A DNA stretch of 64,000 nucleotides, taken from positions 672,001-736,000 of the forward strand of contig CBDANS010000006.1 of the NCBI GenBank assembly GCA_965197745.1, written 5' to 3'. The notes beneath the pieces are model-generated. The model did no database searches, was not told the origin of the DNA, and worked only from the letters and a program-made list of their open reading frames with translations. The DNA comes from Opitutales bacterium. Its GTDB lineage: Bacteria > Verrucomicrobiota > Verrucomicrobiia > Opitutales > PNEW01. Of the stretch, positions 20,391-30,793 are shown in pieces (the stretch's first letter is position 1; each line of letters begins with the position of its first letter). The position numbers were made by a program, and so were the translations under genes.

Positions 20391-21317
20391 ATGGAGTTGT
20401 CTGATATTAAAAAAATTGGCGTTGTGGGAAGCGGGACCATGGGTTTTGGCATCGCTATTAACTTTGCTCTCTATGGATACCCGACAACAATAAGCGACAT
20501 GAGTGATGAGATCCTCGCTCAGTCGATGAAAAATATTAAGTCGGCCCTGGATCTCTTTATCGAGTATGAACTGATAGCCCAAGAGCAGGCGGATGACACC
20601 GTAAGCAGAATAACCACGACTACAGATTTGAATGAAGTGGCTTCCAATAGTGACTTCATAACTGAAGCCATTGTCGACAGGTCTAAAGATAAGCGCGAAC
20701 TGTTTAACAAGCTTGATGAACTCTGCCCGCCTCATACTATTTTTGCCAGCAATACCTCCTCCCTCGTTCTCAGTGATTTTGGATCGGATGTTAAACGGCA
20801 GGATAAAATAACGCTGACGCATTATTTCGCGCCTCCGCATATCGTGCCCGGTGTTGAAGTGGCCAAAGGTCCCGGGACCTCAGATGAAACCTTTGAGATA
20901 GTTATGGGGCTGATGAAAAAAGTAAAGCGAGTCCCCATCCGGTTGCTCGAAGAGGAACCTGGTTACCTCATAAACCGAATACAGGCCGTGATGTTCAGGG
21001 AAGCCGCGCGTTTGTGGGCTAAAGGTATGGCGAGCGCTGAAGACATCGAGCTCGCGATAACCTCTACCTTTGGCTTTCGTATGCCGCATGAAGGGCCCTT
21101 CATGCATCACGACCTCGCGGGTATTTGGAAATGGCCCGATGATATACGTTATCCCCCTCCCGATCCCACCGACGAAGTCGCAGCAAAAGTCAGAAAGCAC
21201 CAGGGACCTAATAAAACCTGGTTCGTCGACCCGGAAAAATTTGACGAGGCCGTTGAGAAAAGAGATAGAGAATATATACGTCGGTATAAAGAGTTATACT
21301 GGTCAAAAAAAAGGTAA
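20391..21317 (+). CDS. 3-hydroxyacyl-CoA dehydrogenase-family protein
   Basis: VVGSGTMGFGIA, EAIVD, ASNTSS, THYFAPP, PGYLINR. Confidence 0.88.
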   Translation: MELSDIKKIGVVGSGTMGFGIAINFALYGYPTTISDMSDEILAQSMKNIKSALDLFIEYELIAQEQADDTVSRITTTTDLNEVASNSDFITEAIVDRSKDKRELFNKLDELCPPHTIFASNTSSLVLSDFGSDVKRQDKITLTHYFAPPHIVPGVEVAKGPGTSDETFEIVMGLMKKVKRVPIRLLEEEPGYLINRIQAVMFREAARLWAKGMASAEDIELAITSTFGFRMPHEGPFMHHDLAGIWKWPDDIRYPPPDPTDEVAAKVRKHQGPNKTWFVDPEKFDEAVEKRDREYIRRYKELYWSKKR

Positions 21318-21464
21318 CCCTTGTGCCTTTTCAGTCAGGAGTTTATTTTTGGGTGCCTGTCATATATTTCTCTGCTCAGGCTTTAAAGTTTCGACGAAGC
21401 TTTCGATTTTTTCACACGATCAACTTATACTTTAACCAATAAATCAATTGAAGAAACCAAGTTC

Positions 21465-23354
21465 ATGAGCAGCATTCAAATTCGAGATGATCTCGCAAAC
21501 GTTTATAGCGACATCTATACACCGGAAGTCTTATCCGCTTTGTCCGTTTTGTCCTGGTTTAATGAAGAGCAAAAAAAGGTCATGGATAAAAGGATGCTTA
21601 GAAGAGCAGAGCGATTAGGAAATAAAACCCCCATAACCTTTCTCGATGCTGATGATACCATTCCACGTACTGAGATTAAGGTAGAAGACGCGAGAACGGG
21701 AAAATTTATTGGTTCAGAAATTCCAGCGGATCTTCAACGCCAATGGATTCAGGGAACAGGTCCCGCGGCAAAACCCAAAACTACTATTGAAAGAAGTATC
21801 CGTAATGCAGCCTACGCCCTGCTTTCCGGCGCCGATGGCTGGATGTTTGATGGGGAGGATGCCCTGGGGCAAATTACAACGATGTCACTGGATAATCAGA
21901 GAAATCTTAAATTAGCGATCAAGAAAGATCCTGTTTTTATGAAAGCGGCTGAACAGGTTGCTCGTGAAATGAACCAGTGGGCATCGGGATTTTTAGGAAG
22001 AGAAATTATCGATGATTGGGAGAAGCAATTGGATTTTACCACGAAAATTTTTCGCGCGCGAGGGTTACATCTGGATGACCGACACATACGCGATGAAAAT
22101 GGCCTGGCCCTTTCAGCGTCCATCGCCGATATGACACTTTATGTCGTGAACAACTATCAATCATTACAGGAATCGGATTCTTCCATTGTTCTTTATCTCC
22201 CTAAGATTCAGACCGCCGAAGAGGCGGCACTGTGGAATGAAATGCTCTCTGCGCTGGAAGCTCATCTTAACCTCTCAACGGGGACAATCAAAGTTTACGT
22301 CCTTGTTGAACAACTAGAAGCAACCTTTCAGTTGATGGAAATCCGCGCCGCATTAGGCAGACATTTTGTTGGATTTAATACAGGTCGGTGGGATTACATC
22401 AATAGTGTGGCTGATGCCACGGCCTGGAATCAATCGTTCATCAATCCCAATATTGAAGCGATAACGATGACTTATGGTTACATGAGAAATTATGAAGACC
22501 GTGTACGACGCGCCGTAAACACCGCTGATATTAATGGTAATTTCGCCCTATGGCAGGGAGGGATGGAACCGAATATTCCTGTAGGCTCTGAAGAAGGTGT
22601 GGCCACCAGCATGGAGAAAGCCGGCGCCGGCGCCGCGCGCGAACAGAGTGAAGGAGCGAGCGGTAAATGGGTGGCCCATTGGAAGATGGTCCACATTGTG
22701 CGACCGGTATGGGAAACGGTCGGCGAAGTTAACCAGTTGGGAAGAAAATTTCCACCGCTCACCTACACACAGGAGGACGCGGATGGCCTGACACTGCTCG
22801 AACCTTCTCCCCGCTCGATCAGGGGCGCGCGAAATCTTCTTAGTGTCGGTTTGCAATATGGCAATGCCTTTGGACAGGGATTTCAAGCGGCTGCTTTAAA
22901 GCCCGCCGACTTTTTCGATGATGATAATATATTATACCTGATGGAAGACATGGCAACGGGAGAAATTCGTCTGAGCATCCTCTGGGAATGGATTCACAAG
23001 GACGCACAAATGAATGAAGATGATCCAGAAACCGGTGTTAAATCCGGAGATGTTTTTACCATCGAATTATTTCAAAAGTTATTGGAGGAAGAGTATGATA
23101 AACTGCTCCAGGCAAAAGACAAAGATGTGCACAATGATTCCAAGGAAACCACATTACCGATTGCTAAACAGATCGTTGATACCTACGTCTTGGACGATGC
23201 TAAATCACCCTGGTACATCGATTTGTTAAATATAAATCTAAATAATTATGATTTATCGACAGCCAATGAAAGGATCCACCTCTATGTGGATACACTTAAG
23301 AAAAAAGGCACCAGAATAACTGAAAACCTGGATTTTGTGCCCACTGCTTCATAG
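21465..23354 (+). CDS. aceB: Malate synthase (A-like)
   Basis: MFDGED, YLPKIQTAEEA, FNTGRWDY, GKWVAH, LMEDMATGEI. Confidence 0.85.
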   Translation: MSSIQIRDDLANVYSDIYTPEVLSALSVLSWFNEEQKKVMDKRMLRRAERLGNKTPITFLDADDTIPRTEIKVEDARTGKFIGSEIPADLQRQWIQGTGPAAKPKTTIERSIRNAAYALLSGADGWMFDGEDALGQITTMSLDNQRNLKLAIKKDPVFMKAAEQVAREMNQWASGFLGREIIDDWEKQLDFTTKIFRARGLHLDDRHIRDENGLALSASIADMTLYVVNNYQSLQESDSSIVLYLPKIQTAEEAALWNEMLSALEAHLNLSTGTIKVYVLVEQLEATFQLMEIRAALGRHFVGFNTGRWDYINSVADATAWNQSFINPNIEAITMTYGYMRNYEDRVRRAVNTADINGNFALWQGGMEPNIPVGSEEGVATSMEKAGAGAAREQSEGASGKWVAHWKMVHIVRPVWETVGEVNQLGRKFPPLTYTQEDADGLTLLEPSPRSIRGARNLLSVGLQYGNAFGQGFQAAALKPADFFDDDNILYLMEDMATGEIRLSILWEWIHKDAQMNEDDPETGVKSGDVFTIELFQKLLEEEYDKLLQAKDKDVHNDSKETTLPIAKQIVDTYVLDDAKSPWYIDLLNINLNNYDLSTANERIHLYVDTLKKKGTRITENLDFVPTAS

Positions 23355-23458
23355 TGACCGCGGATTACACGGATACGACGGATTAATTTGGATAGGATAT
23401 CGTACTGAATACGAAGCCTGACATCTCCCAAATCGAAAATCGACATTCGGCAATGGCA

Positions 23459-25378
23459 TCACTCCGATTCCATGGGCATCGGTTTGAATTGGCATGCTTC
23501 GACGAATACATCAAAGAAGTCGGGTGTTGTTTCCAGTTCTATATGTTCGATCCCTTTGACTAAATTTTCTATTGATTGACGCTTGCTCTTCGAGAGAAGC
23601 ACCTCTCTGGCCCCTTGCACTGCTGCGTTGCCAACTTTGACAATACGCTCTTCAGCAACGGGAGCTAAAAAGCCGATTTCAATAGCGTTGCGCACATTTA
23701 CATAGTTGGCAAACCCACCCGCAAGGTAAAGTTTGCCCACGTCGCGGGGGTTAATCCCGTAATTACGCAAGACGATAAATTGCCCGCAGTAATTGGCCGC
23801 TTTTGCTTGAGCCAGGTTGCTGGCATCTTCCCGGGAAAAGGTGATACCATAATCAGGGACAATTGCCCACTCGTATTGTTTTTTGTCCGTGAAAACACCC
23901 TTTGGCGTCATCAATTCGTGGCGACGGAATTCAGCCAGGAGGTCGATCAAACCGGACCCGCAAATTCCCTGGGGTTCAATACCTCCGATAGTTTTGTATT
24001 CCATATGGTTCTTATTCCATCGCATGGATTCAATAGCGCCTTCGTAGCCGGGCATCCCGTACTTAATACCTCCCCCTTCAAAGGCAGGTCCGGCAGGACA
24101 GGAAGCTGAGACCAGCCGTCCTTTACCTCCCACCACCACTTCGGTGTTAGTTCCTACGTCAACGAGCATAATGACTCCCTCCTGAGATTCTATATCGATA
24201 GACACCAGGTCGGCTGCCACATCTCCGCCGACATGACTGGCGATTAAAGGCATCCCGTAGACTCTGGCTTTAGCGTTTGCCCGAAGTCCCACTTGCCGCG
24301 TGCTTGTAATAAGGGAGGTAGTCTGGCGTTCTCCAGCCAGGTATTCATGTTCAGTAGTAGACTTATAAGGTTTTTGTCCAATGCCCTGTACGTCCAGCTT
24401 GAAGAAAATATCACGCATTGTGGAATTCCCAACCACTACGACTTCATAAATTTCCTGGCGAACAAAGTTCAGATGCTTACACATCTCCATAATTTCGTGA
24501 TTCAGCGTATTAACTACTGCTTTTTGTAATTCCCCACGGAATTCCCCGTCGTAAGAAATTCTATACATAACATCGCTGCCACCAAAACGCTGTGGATTCT
24601 CAAAGGAACTGACATGAACGCTCTTGCCGGTTTCCAGATCGACAAGATCCATTACTACCGTCGTCGTTCCAAGATCGACTGCCAATCCGAAGAGGTGCCC
24701 GCGATAGCTGTCGATCAATTCATCTTCATAATAAATTTCGTCACCTTTACGGGTGACTATGGGATCCAGGGAGACCGTTTTCTCCTGGGTGACGGTGAGG
24801 ATTTTGGGCTCACGACGTAGCGGCGCAAACTGTATGGGGACATCCGCATTTTCAACCGTCGCCTGGCAGGCAAGACGGTAGTTGTCACGTAAAAACGATT
24901 CCGCTTCAGTACGAGGCTGCAACGCTTCCATACCTTGATTAATCTCCACAACACATTCATGACAGTGACCGGTACGCCCACAGGAAGTCGGGACTTGAAC
25001 CGTAAGTTCATCGGCATAGTCGAATATAGTCTTGCCAGTCATCAGTTTACTTTTTCTCCCGTCATGGGTAATACTCCCTTTCCCGTAATTGGCATCCTCG
25101 CTCCTGGAATTACTTTCACCAATGTCCTCTTGGGTCCCCTCGGTTTCCCAGGCACTGCGATAGTCCAGCTTGTCATCTCCACCACATATCTGCAGTCCCC
25201 CTTTGACACGCGGTTTGAGTTGGTTTCGGCACCCAAATTTAGCCGTACACTCATCATAGCGGTTTTTATAAGGACACCGATAGGTAGATTGTTCATCGGC
25301 ATGAACCATCATGCTCGAAAACAACTCTGTAATCTTGTCCAGGCGCTTCTGGTATTCGGCTTTATCAATCTTCTTCAT
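23459..25378 (-). CDS. ASKHA ATPase reductive activator of corrinoid proteins (RACo/DUF4445) with 2Fe-2S domain
   Basis: CGRTGHCHEC...RLACQ, VDLGTTT, NPQRFGGSDV, VDVGTNTE, CPAGPAFEG, GICGSG, LAGGF. Confidence 0.9.
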   Translation of the reverse strand: MKKIDKAEYQKRLDKITELFSSMMVHADEQSTYRCPYKNRYDECTAKFGCRNQLKPRVKGGLQICGGDDKLDYRSAWETEGTQEDIGESNSRSEDANYGKGSITHDGRKSKLMTGKTIFDYADELTVQVPTSCGRTGHCHECVVEINQGMEALQPRTEAESFLRDNYRLACQATVENADVPIQFAPLRREPKILTVTQEKTVSLDPIVTRKGDEIYYEDELIDSYRGHLFGLAVDLGTTTVVMDLVDLETGKSVHVSSFENPQRFGGSDVMYRISYDGEFRGELQKAVVNTLNHEIMEMCKHLNFVRQEIYEVVVVGNSTMRDIFFKLDVQGIGQKPYKSTTEHEYLAGERQTTSLITSTRQVGLRANAKARVYGMPLIASHVGGDVAADLVSIDIESQEGVIMLVDVGTNTEVVVGGKGRLVSASCPAGPAFEGGGIKYGMPGYEGAIESMRWNKNHMEYKTIGGIEPQGICGSGLIDLLAEFRRHELMTPKGVFTDKKQYEWAIVPDYGITFSREDASNLAQAKAANYCGQFIVLRNYGINPRDVGKLYLAGGFANYVNVRNAIEIGFLAPVAEERIVKVGNAAVQGAREVLLSKSKRQSIENLVKGIEHIELETTPDFFDVFVEACQFKPMPMESE

Positions 25379-25438
25379 CTCGAGTTCAATTGATGGAATC
25401 CTTCCACTACAGAAGGGTAATTTAAAGTTGAACCAATA

Positions 25439-26203
25439 TCAGACTTTACTTTCTTCTTTAAGCTCTTCAAGCAGACGTTTGGCCAATTCTACGCATGCCA
25501 CGGCATCTTTGCCTGTCCCATCAGCGCCCATATCATCGGCAAATTCCTGGGTAACAGAAGCACCCCCTACCATAATTTTGACGTCCTCACGAAGGTCTGC
25601 ATCGATGAAGGCTTCAATCGTCTTGCCCATGTTTGGCATGGTTGTCGTCAACAGAGCTGACATCCCCAGCAGGGGTGCATTATGCTCCTCCACGGCCTCG
25701 ATAAATTCATCTTCTGAAGTATCCACTCCCAGATCATGCACAACAAATCCTGATCCCCTCAGCATCATAATGCAGAGATTCTTTCCAATATCATGTAAGT
25801 CTCCTTTTACTGTTCCCATGACTGCGACGCCCACCGGCTCGATCCCTGAGGCAGAGAGTATCGGTTCGATATAAGCCATGCCCGCTTTCATTGCCCGCGC
25901 GCAAGCCAGAACCTCAGGGACGAAAATAAAGTTTTCACGAAATTTAATGCCGACGATACCCATTCCGGCAATGAGGCCATCGTCCATAATCTCCAGCGCT
26001 TCGGTACCCGAGTCCAATGCCTCCTTTGTTAATTTGTCTACCGTCAGGTGAGCCCCATCAATGAGCGAGGCTGAAATTTCCTGCATTTCAGATGAAGTTT
26101 TAGCGAAAGCACGAATAAGGTGATCTCGTTCATCAGGGCGCTCGATATATTCTTCGATCTCATCTCTGATAAATTCATTTTTAATATCCGCTATTTCTGC
26201 CAT
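25439..26203 (-). CDS. Corrinoid (B12-binding) methyl-carrier protein
   Basis: Cap domain plus GDLHDIGKNL, SALLTTT, VGGA. Confidence 0.92.
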   Translation of the reverse strand: MAEIADIKNEFIRDEIEEYIERPDERDHLIRAFAKTSSEMQEISASLIDGAHLTVDKLTKEALDSGTEALEIMDDGLIAGMGIVGIKFRENFIFVPEVLACARAMKAGMAYIEPILSASGIEPVGVAVMGTVKGDLHDIGKNLCIMMLRGSGFVVHDLGVDTSEDEFIEAVEEHNAPLLGMSALLTTTMPNMGKTIEAFIDADLREDVKIMVGGASVTQEFADDMGADGTGKDAVACVELAKRLLEELKEESKV

Positions 26204-26219
26204 TCTTTACTTCAGTCTA

Positions 26220-27269
26220 TTAATGCTCGGTCACATGGCTCTTGTGCCAGTCACACACAGCATGGGGTATTGCTTTCAAGTTTTCGATAGAGGTCTGTAG
26301 CGGGATAGCACACTCCGGCCCCACCAGCTGTATGCCGACATCGAGGTTTTTATAAACCTCTTCGCAGACTACATCCGGTCCCCTGGCAAACAGGGTTTCA
26401 GGATTGTTGATGTTTCCGACAAGAGATATACGATCTTTCATTACTTCCTTGGATTCTCCCGGTTGGTTTTTTGAATCATAATGAAAAGCAGCGAAACCCG
26501 TTTGTGCGATGTACTCCATCCTATCCACGGTGCGCCCGCAAATGTGCATAATAAGGGGAATAGGTATCCGCTCGACCATCTCGATATGCAGATCACGCAG
26601 GAACCGCTTGTAATACTCACCACTGACGAGATCACCGGTTGCGTGGTCTGGGAGGGTCAGCGCATCGGCTCCCGCTTCTATCTGGGCAATCCCAAACTGC
26701 ACGGTCGATTCCTTCATCCTGTCGAGCGCGAGCTTTGTCTTACCCGGGTCATCCAATGACATGAGGAGGAAAGGTTCCACGCCGAAACAGTGGTATCCCA
26801 AGGACCATGGCCCCATCGTCTTTCCAATTATTGCTACATCATCGCCGTACTCTTTTTTTAGAATTTTAATAGCATCGAGAACACACTTGGTATCCTGATG
26901 GGTTAAAAAATCGGATGGGATTTTAATGTCATCGACATCCTCCCAGATAGGTTCCTTCATTTTAACCGTTGGCCAGTTATCTTTTTGTTCCCATTGTATT
27001 TTACAACCCAGTGCCGAAGACTCCTGGATAATGGTAAAAACCGGCATGATACTATCAAAGCCCAGCTCCGTGTAACTGGTAGCAGCCAAACGGGCCATTA
27101 ACTCGGGGTTTCTATTGGCGTCCGGAAATGGCGCGTCCACCAGGTCCATAAGTTCCACGGTGGCAACGGATGTCGGATTACATACCGGGGTGCGATCTAC
27201 CGGTTTTCTAGCGAGCGCTGCGAGAACCCGTTCCTTACCTGTCATCGGGCCGACAGTTTGTGTTTCCAT
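26220..27269 (-). CDS. MtaA/CmuA-family (UroD-fold) corrinoid methyltransferase
   Basis: MTGKERVLAAL, SALGC, GPWSL, MHICG and GPECAI (Zn-ligand pattern), VGNIN. Confidence 0.85.
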   Translation of the reverse strand: METQTVGPMTGKERVLAALARKPVDRTPVCNPTSVATVELMDLVDAPFPDANRNPELMARLAATSYTELGFDSIMPVFTIIQESSALGCKIQWEQKDNWPTVKMKEPIWEDVDDIKIPSDFLTHQDTKCVLDAIKILKKEYGDDVAIIGKTMGPWSLGYHCFGVEPFLLMSLDDPGKTKLALDRMKESTVQFGIAQIEAGADALTLPDHATGDLVSGEYYKRFLRDLHIEMVERIPIPLIMHICGRTVDRMEYIAQTGFAAFHYDSKNQPGESKEVMKDRISLVGNINNPETLFARGPDVVCEEVYKNLDVGIQLVGPECAIPLQTSIENLKAIPHAVCDWHKSHVTEH

Positions 27270-27356
27270 ATCTATTCTCCTTAATTGTTAGCTCTATTTT
27301 ATTTATTGGAACAGGGTGCTCCGTCATCGTGGGTGGGTAATTAAATTCTACAAACA

Positions 27357-27992
27357 TTATCTTTGTTGGCTCGGTGCTGATAAAACACCGCGTGATGCAG
27401 CCATATCCTGCTCACGAATAACGGCTCGCACATTCGGTGCGCGAACAAGCAGCAGGCCGACCAACGCATCATGGGATTGTCCACAGGGAAAATTAACTTC
27501 ATCCAGCCTTCCTTTCACTTCACTCATCTGCCCCAGTTTCATTAAACCCCCGGCAATGAATGAAGCGCGCTTCTCCTTGTCTTTCCCCTCCCCCTCAGCC
27601 GTAACCTGATATAAGCCGTCACCGTGACTGAGGACTATGATATCAAGACGGGTTTTTTTGTCCAGAATCTTGAAGGGGCGTGGCTCGACATCAGCATTAG
27701 AAGCAAGTTTACAGGCTTCGAGAAACACGCGCTTACAAGCCAGTTCATGCTCATCCCAGCAGGGAAAATGAAGTAACCCGTCTGCGGTTAACTCCATACC
27801 GCCCAGGATTTGCATCGCGTTCACGACAGCGGCAATGCGATCCTGCGCCCCTTCATGTTGGCTGTATGTATAAACCTGAAACGCGGGCCCTTTATCCTGC
27901 TGCTGGCAATAGAGGGCGATCGATATATCTTGAAAATGGGAATCCATTGGGACCAATTCAAGTCGCCTGCCAATATCTACTGTTTTACCCAT
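27357..27992 (-). CDS. Hypothetical protein in the corrinoid operon, with two FPCxxxH motifs
   Basis: 211-aa ORF co-oriented inside the operon; FPCWDEH and FPCGQSH. Confidence 0.65.
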   Translation of the reverse strand: MGKTVDIGRRLELVPMDSHFQDISIALYCQQQDKGPAFQVYTYSQHEGAQDRIAAVVNAMQILGGMELTADGLLHFPCWDEHELACKRVFLEACKLASNADVEPRPFKILDKKTRLDIIVLSHGDGLYQVTAEGEGKDKEKRASFIAGGLMKLGQMSEVKGRLDEVNFPCGQSHDALVGLLLVRAPNVRAVIREQDMAASRGVLSAPSQQR

Positions 27993-28058
27993 GGTCCTTA
28001 CTTATTTGAAAATTCTAACCGTTCTTGAATATGCCACCATTTAAAATTTTATCAATGG

Positions 28059-28334
28059 TTAAACTTGCACGTCTCTATCGTCATATTTGTTTTCAAGTTC
28101 CTGCAAAAGGTTATTTAATACCTCCTCGCCCTCGCCGGGGCGTTCCTCTTTTTCCGTCCATTGCCACTGGTTCAGGTATTCGTCACTCTCAGTTAGTCCC
28201 TCCGCCATCGCGATGCGATCAATTTCAACCTGAAAGCGCTCGGGCATCGGAAGTGAAATCGGTTTTTTACCTTTAAAGACTCTAACTTGTGCCGGGATAT
28301 CGCGCCAATATAGAACTTGATAGGTGGTAGTCAT
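28059..28334 (-). CDS. Small 'Virulence_fact' (CvfA/B/C-like) domain protein
   Basis: YWRDIPAQV...RFQVEIDRIAM...YLNQW. Confidence 0.75.
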   Translation of the reverse strand: MTTTYQVLYWRDIPAQVRVFKGKKPISLPMPERFQVEIDRIAMAEGLTESDEYLNQWQWTEKEERPGEGEEVLNNLLQELENKYDDRDVQV

Positions 28335-28349
28335 GCGATAACAGCAATT

Positions 28350-29357
28350 TTACGTCACGATATTAATGCTTTCATTCAACGCCTTACGATAGGCCCTGAT
28401 ATGGTCACGGCCCGTTCCACAACATCCTCCAACAATATAGGCACCTGCTTCGAGAAGCTCCGGTAAGTATTGAACCATCTCTTCGGGAGTCTGTGAATAA
28501 TAGGTCTTGTGATTTTTATCCAACCGCGCCTTACCTGCATTGGGATAGGACATCATTTTTTTTGGTTGAATACCTTTTTTCTCCATCGCCGCGCTCAGTT
28601 GTTTTATTCCGGTTATGGCATATGGCATTCCGGTGTGCTCATCGCGTCTGGATTCGGCACCGCAGTTCAGACCCAATATCTGTACGGCATCTAAAAGATT
28701 ATAACCATTGGAATATTCACCGGCAGATAATATCTCCAATAAATCTTCAGCCGAATGCCCCCAGTCCGTTCGATAGATAACAATACCGGTACTTTTATCT
28801 TTAGTATACTTATAAGTCAGATTAACGGCAATCGGGAGACCGAATTGCCTGACAACATCAGCGGCGATGGCAGCCTCATTGGCAGAGAACATCGTTTCAA
28901 TGCAGAAAAAATCTACCCCTCCTTCAGCCATTACCGTCGCAACTTTTTCATGCGCATCTCTAACCACCTGGTTAGGTATACCGAAATCAGTTCCGCCATC
29001 AGCTTCAATAGCCCCGGGTGAAGGGCCTATTGAACCCGCGAGGTAAATCTCTTTTCCACTTTTTTCAATTGCCGCCTTAGCGTGCTCGACCGCAAGTCTA
29101 ACCAGTTTTTCAGACTCTGAGGCGTCTTTTCCCGCCATCTCAAGATGAGGTATGGACGCCACAAAAGTGTTGGTTCCTATCACTTCAGCTCCCGCTTTTA
29201 TATATTCTAAATGGATGTCGACAACATCATCAGGATGCAATTCGTTGGCCAGGGTACTGTTCGTTAATTCTATCCCTCTGGCAAAAAGTTCGGAACCAAA
29301 ACCCCCATCGTAAATCAGGGGTCTCGGATCTTCTAATCTTTCCAGGAAAGTTTTCAT
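28350..29357 (-). CDS. Homocysteine S-methyltransferase domain protein (stand-alone MetH Hcy-binding module)
   Basis: DGGFGSEL, AGAEVIGTNTF, AGSIGP, IETM, GLNC, YPNAG, GGCCGT. Confidence 0.88.
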   Translation of the reverse strand: MKTFLERLEDPRPLIYDGGFGSELFARGIELTNSTLANELHPDDVVDIHLEYIKAGAEVIGTNTFVASIPHLEMAGKDASESEKLVRLAVEHAKAAIEKSGKEIYLAGSIGPSPGAIEADGGTDFGIPNQVVRDAHEKVATVMAEGGVDFFCIETMFSANEAAIAADVVRQFGLPIAVNLTYKYTKDKSTGIVIYRTDWGHSAEDLLEILSAGEYSNGYNLLDAVQILGLNCGAESRRDEHTGMPYAITGIKQLSAAMEKKGIQPKKMMSYPNAGKARLDKNHKTYYSQTPEEMVQYLPELLEAGAYIVGGCCGTGRDHIRAYRKALNESINIVT

Positions 29358-29529
29358 AAAATAATTAAGGAGTAGAATCACCGCAGTTCAGGGCGGGAGT
29401 AACCACTTTCCTCATTTTTTACTGTGCATAGAAGCCCTGACATAAGATGTCAATGGCTTATGATTGGGCGTTAAAACTTCGACTGCGCCTAATCTTAATC
29501 AATAATGTGTAATGAAATTTACAACCCAA

Positions 29530-29778
29530 GGTGGAACGCGCTGTCCCTAGCGCGTTTGATTATTCCGTAATTGAAGAAGCGTGCTAGGGACAGCCCGCTC
29601 CACCATGATAATGTAATTAATAACAGAGGACGTAGAGGCAGACCCGTCTTCATCTTTAATCTACGACGTGTCAAACGTAGACGAAGATTATTGCATGAGA
29701 CCCAGCAAGCTATATTTAAATATTGAATAACCGATAACGCGGTGAGTAACGCACGTCCCTCCATCATTCTGGAATAAT
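29530..29778. repeat. REP-like inverted pair plus a ~110-bp composite repeat also found at ~56596-56700
   Basis: GGTGGAACGCGCTGTCCCTAGCGCG...GCTAGGGACAGCCCGCTCCACC; AGACCCGTCTTCATCTTTAATCTACGACGTG...GAAGATTATTGCATGAGA occurs twice. Confidence 0.75.
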
Positions 29779-29783
29779 TTATA

Positions 29784-30464
29784 ATGAAACCCATTAACTA
29801 CGTAAAAGATCGGGCTCATGACCTGATCGAGAGCTGTGAAGAAAAGCTCGAATCAGGAGTCATTGACGAGGAAACCTGGCACCGTGAGATGGCCGCAGTC
29901 TTTACCCCATCCTACCTCGCCGGTGATAACCCGCGCAGTCAATCCGGCCACAGTGGTGACGAAGCACGCTGGACTCAGGCCAGAGGATTGATCGTCGATG
30001 CGATTGACAGGGACGGGACCTTTTTAGATGTAGGCTGTGCGAATGGTTACCTCATGGAGTCGATACATCGCTGGAGCCTGGATAAAGGCTATAAAATAGA
30101 AACCCATGGGGTCGACATCTCCCCTGAGCTCGCTGACTTCGCCAGGGAGCGATTGCCCCATTGGGCAGAGAGAATTCACACCGGAAACGCACTTTATTGG
30201 AATCCCCCAGTGCCATTCACATTCGTTCGGACGGGATTGAATTATGTACCGCGACAGCGCCAAAAAGAGTATGTTCAAATATTACTCGATTGCGCAGTAT
30301 CACCCGGAGGTCGATTGATCATTGGCACCATTAATGAAGAAAAAGAGATTCATTACATCGAAGATCAATTGACACGTTGGGGCTTCACCATAAATGGCCG
30401 ATCCAATCGCCCCCATAGTGACAAGCGTATCGAATATAAGATCGTCTGGATAGATAATCCTTAA
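29784..30464 (+). CDS. Class I SAM-dependent methyltransferase
   Basis: FLDVGCANGYL, GVDISPEL, PGGRLIIG. Confidence 0.85.
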   Translation: MKPINYVKDRAHDLIESCEEKLESGVIDEETWHREMAAVFTPSYLAGDNPRSQSGHSGDEARWTQARGLIVDAIDRDGTFLDVGCANGYLMESIHRWSLDKGYKIETHGVDISPELADFARERLPHWAERIHTGNALYWNPPVPFTFVRTGLNYVPRQRQKEYVQILLDCAVSPGGRLIIGTINEEKEIHYIEDQLTRWGFTINGRSNRPHSDKRIEYKIVWIDNP

Positions 30465-30546
30465 ATTGTGTCGCCCCACTGGGGCATAGAGAATGGGTTA
30501 TAAATCCCTTACCGAAATCTTCGTCTTCGCTTGCCTCCCTTTCCCT

Positions 30547-30793
30547 TATTGTCATTGCGAGGAGTTAAGCGACGAAGCAATCCAGGGGAATGTCCGTTAC
30601 GTAATCACAGTCCCTGGACGTAATGTTTCAATCAGAAGTTCGATTGCCGTTCTAAAGTATATATAGAGCTACTCATGTTTCTTAGCGGTGATTTGTATCC
30701 GTAACCACAATGACTATTCGCCTGGATTGGAAGATGTCGGACTTCGTCCTCGGTAGCCGCGGTCGGCTGGTAGCCTTCCTCGCAATGACAATA
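30547..30793. repeat. TGTCATTGCGAG-type palindromic miniature element
   Basis: Terminal inverted repeats TATTGTCATTGCGAGG / CCTCGCAATGACAATA. Confidence 0.8.

Noticed and set aside
23420..23456. Degenerate heptamer runs (AAATCGA/CATTCGG), also near 33775 and 42940
   Set aside because: Short low-complexity intergenic repeats with no supportable function
25311..25874. 187-aa plus-strand ORF, and similar antisense ORFs repeated over the three C-terminal domains
   Set aside because: Shadow frames of well-supported genes on the opposite strand
29382..29520. Cobalamin or SAM riboswitch upstream of the corrinoid operon
   Set aside because: No recognisable B12-box or S-box core by eye; an Rfam/Infernal scan would be needed to exclude it
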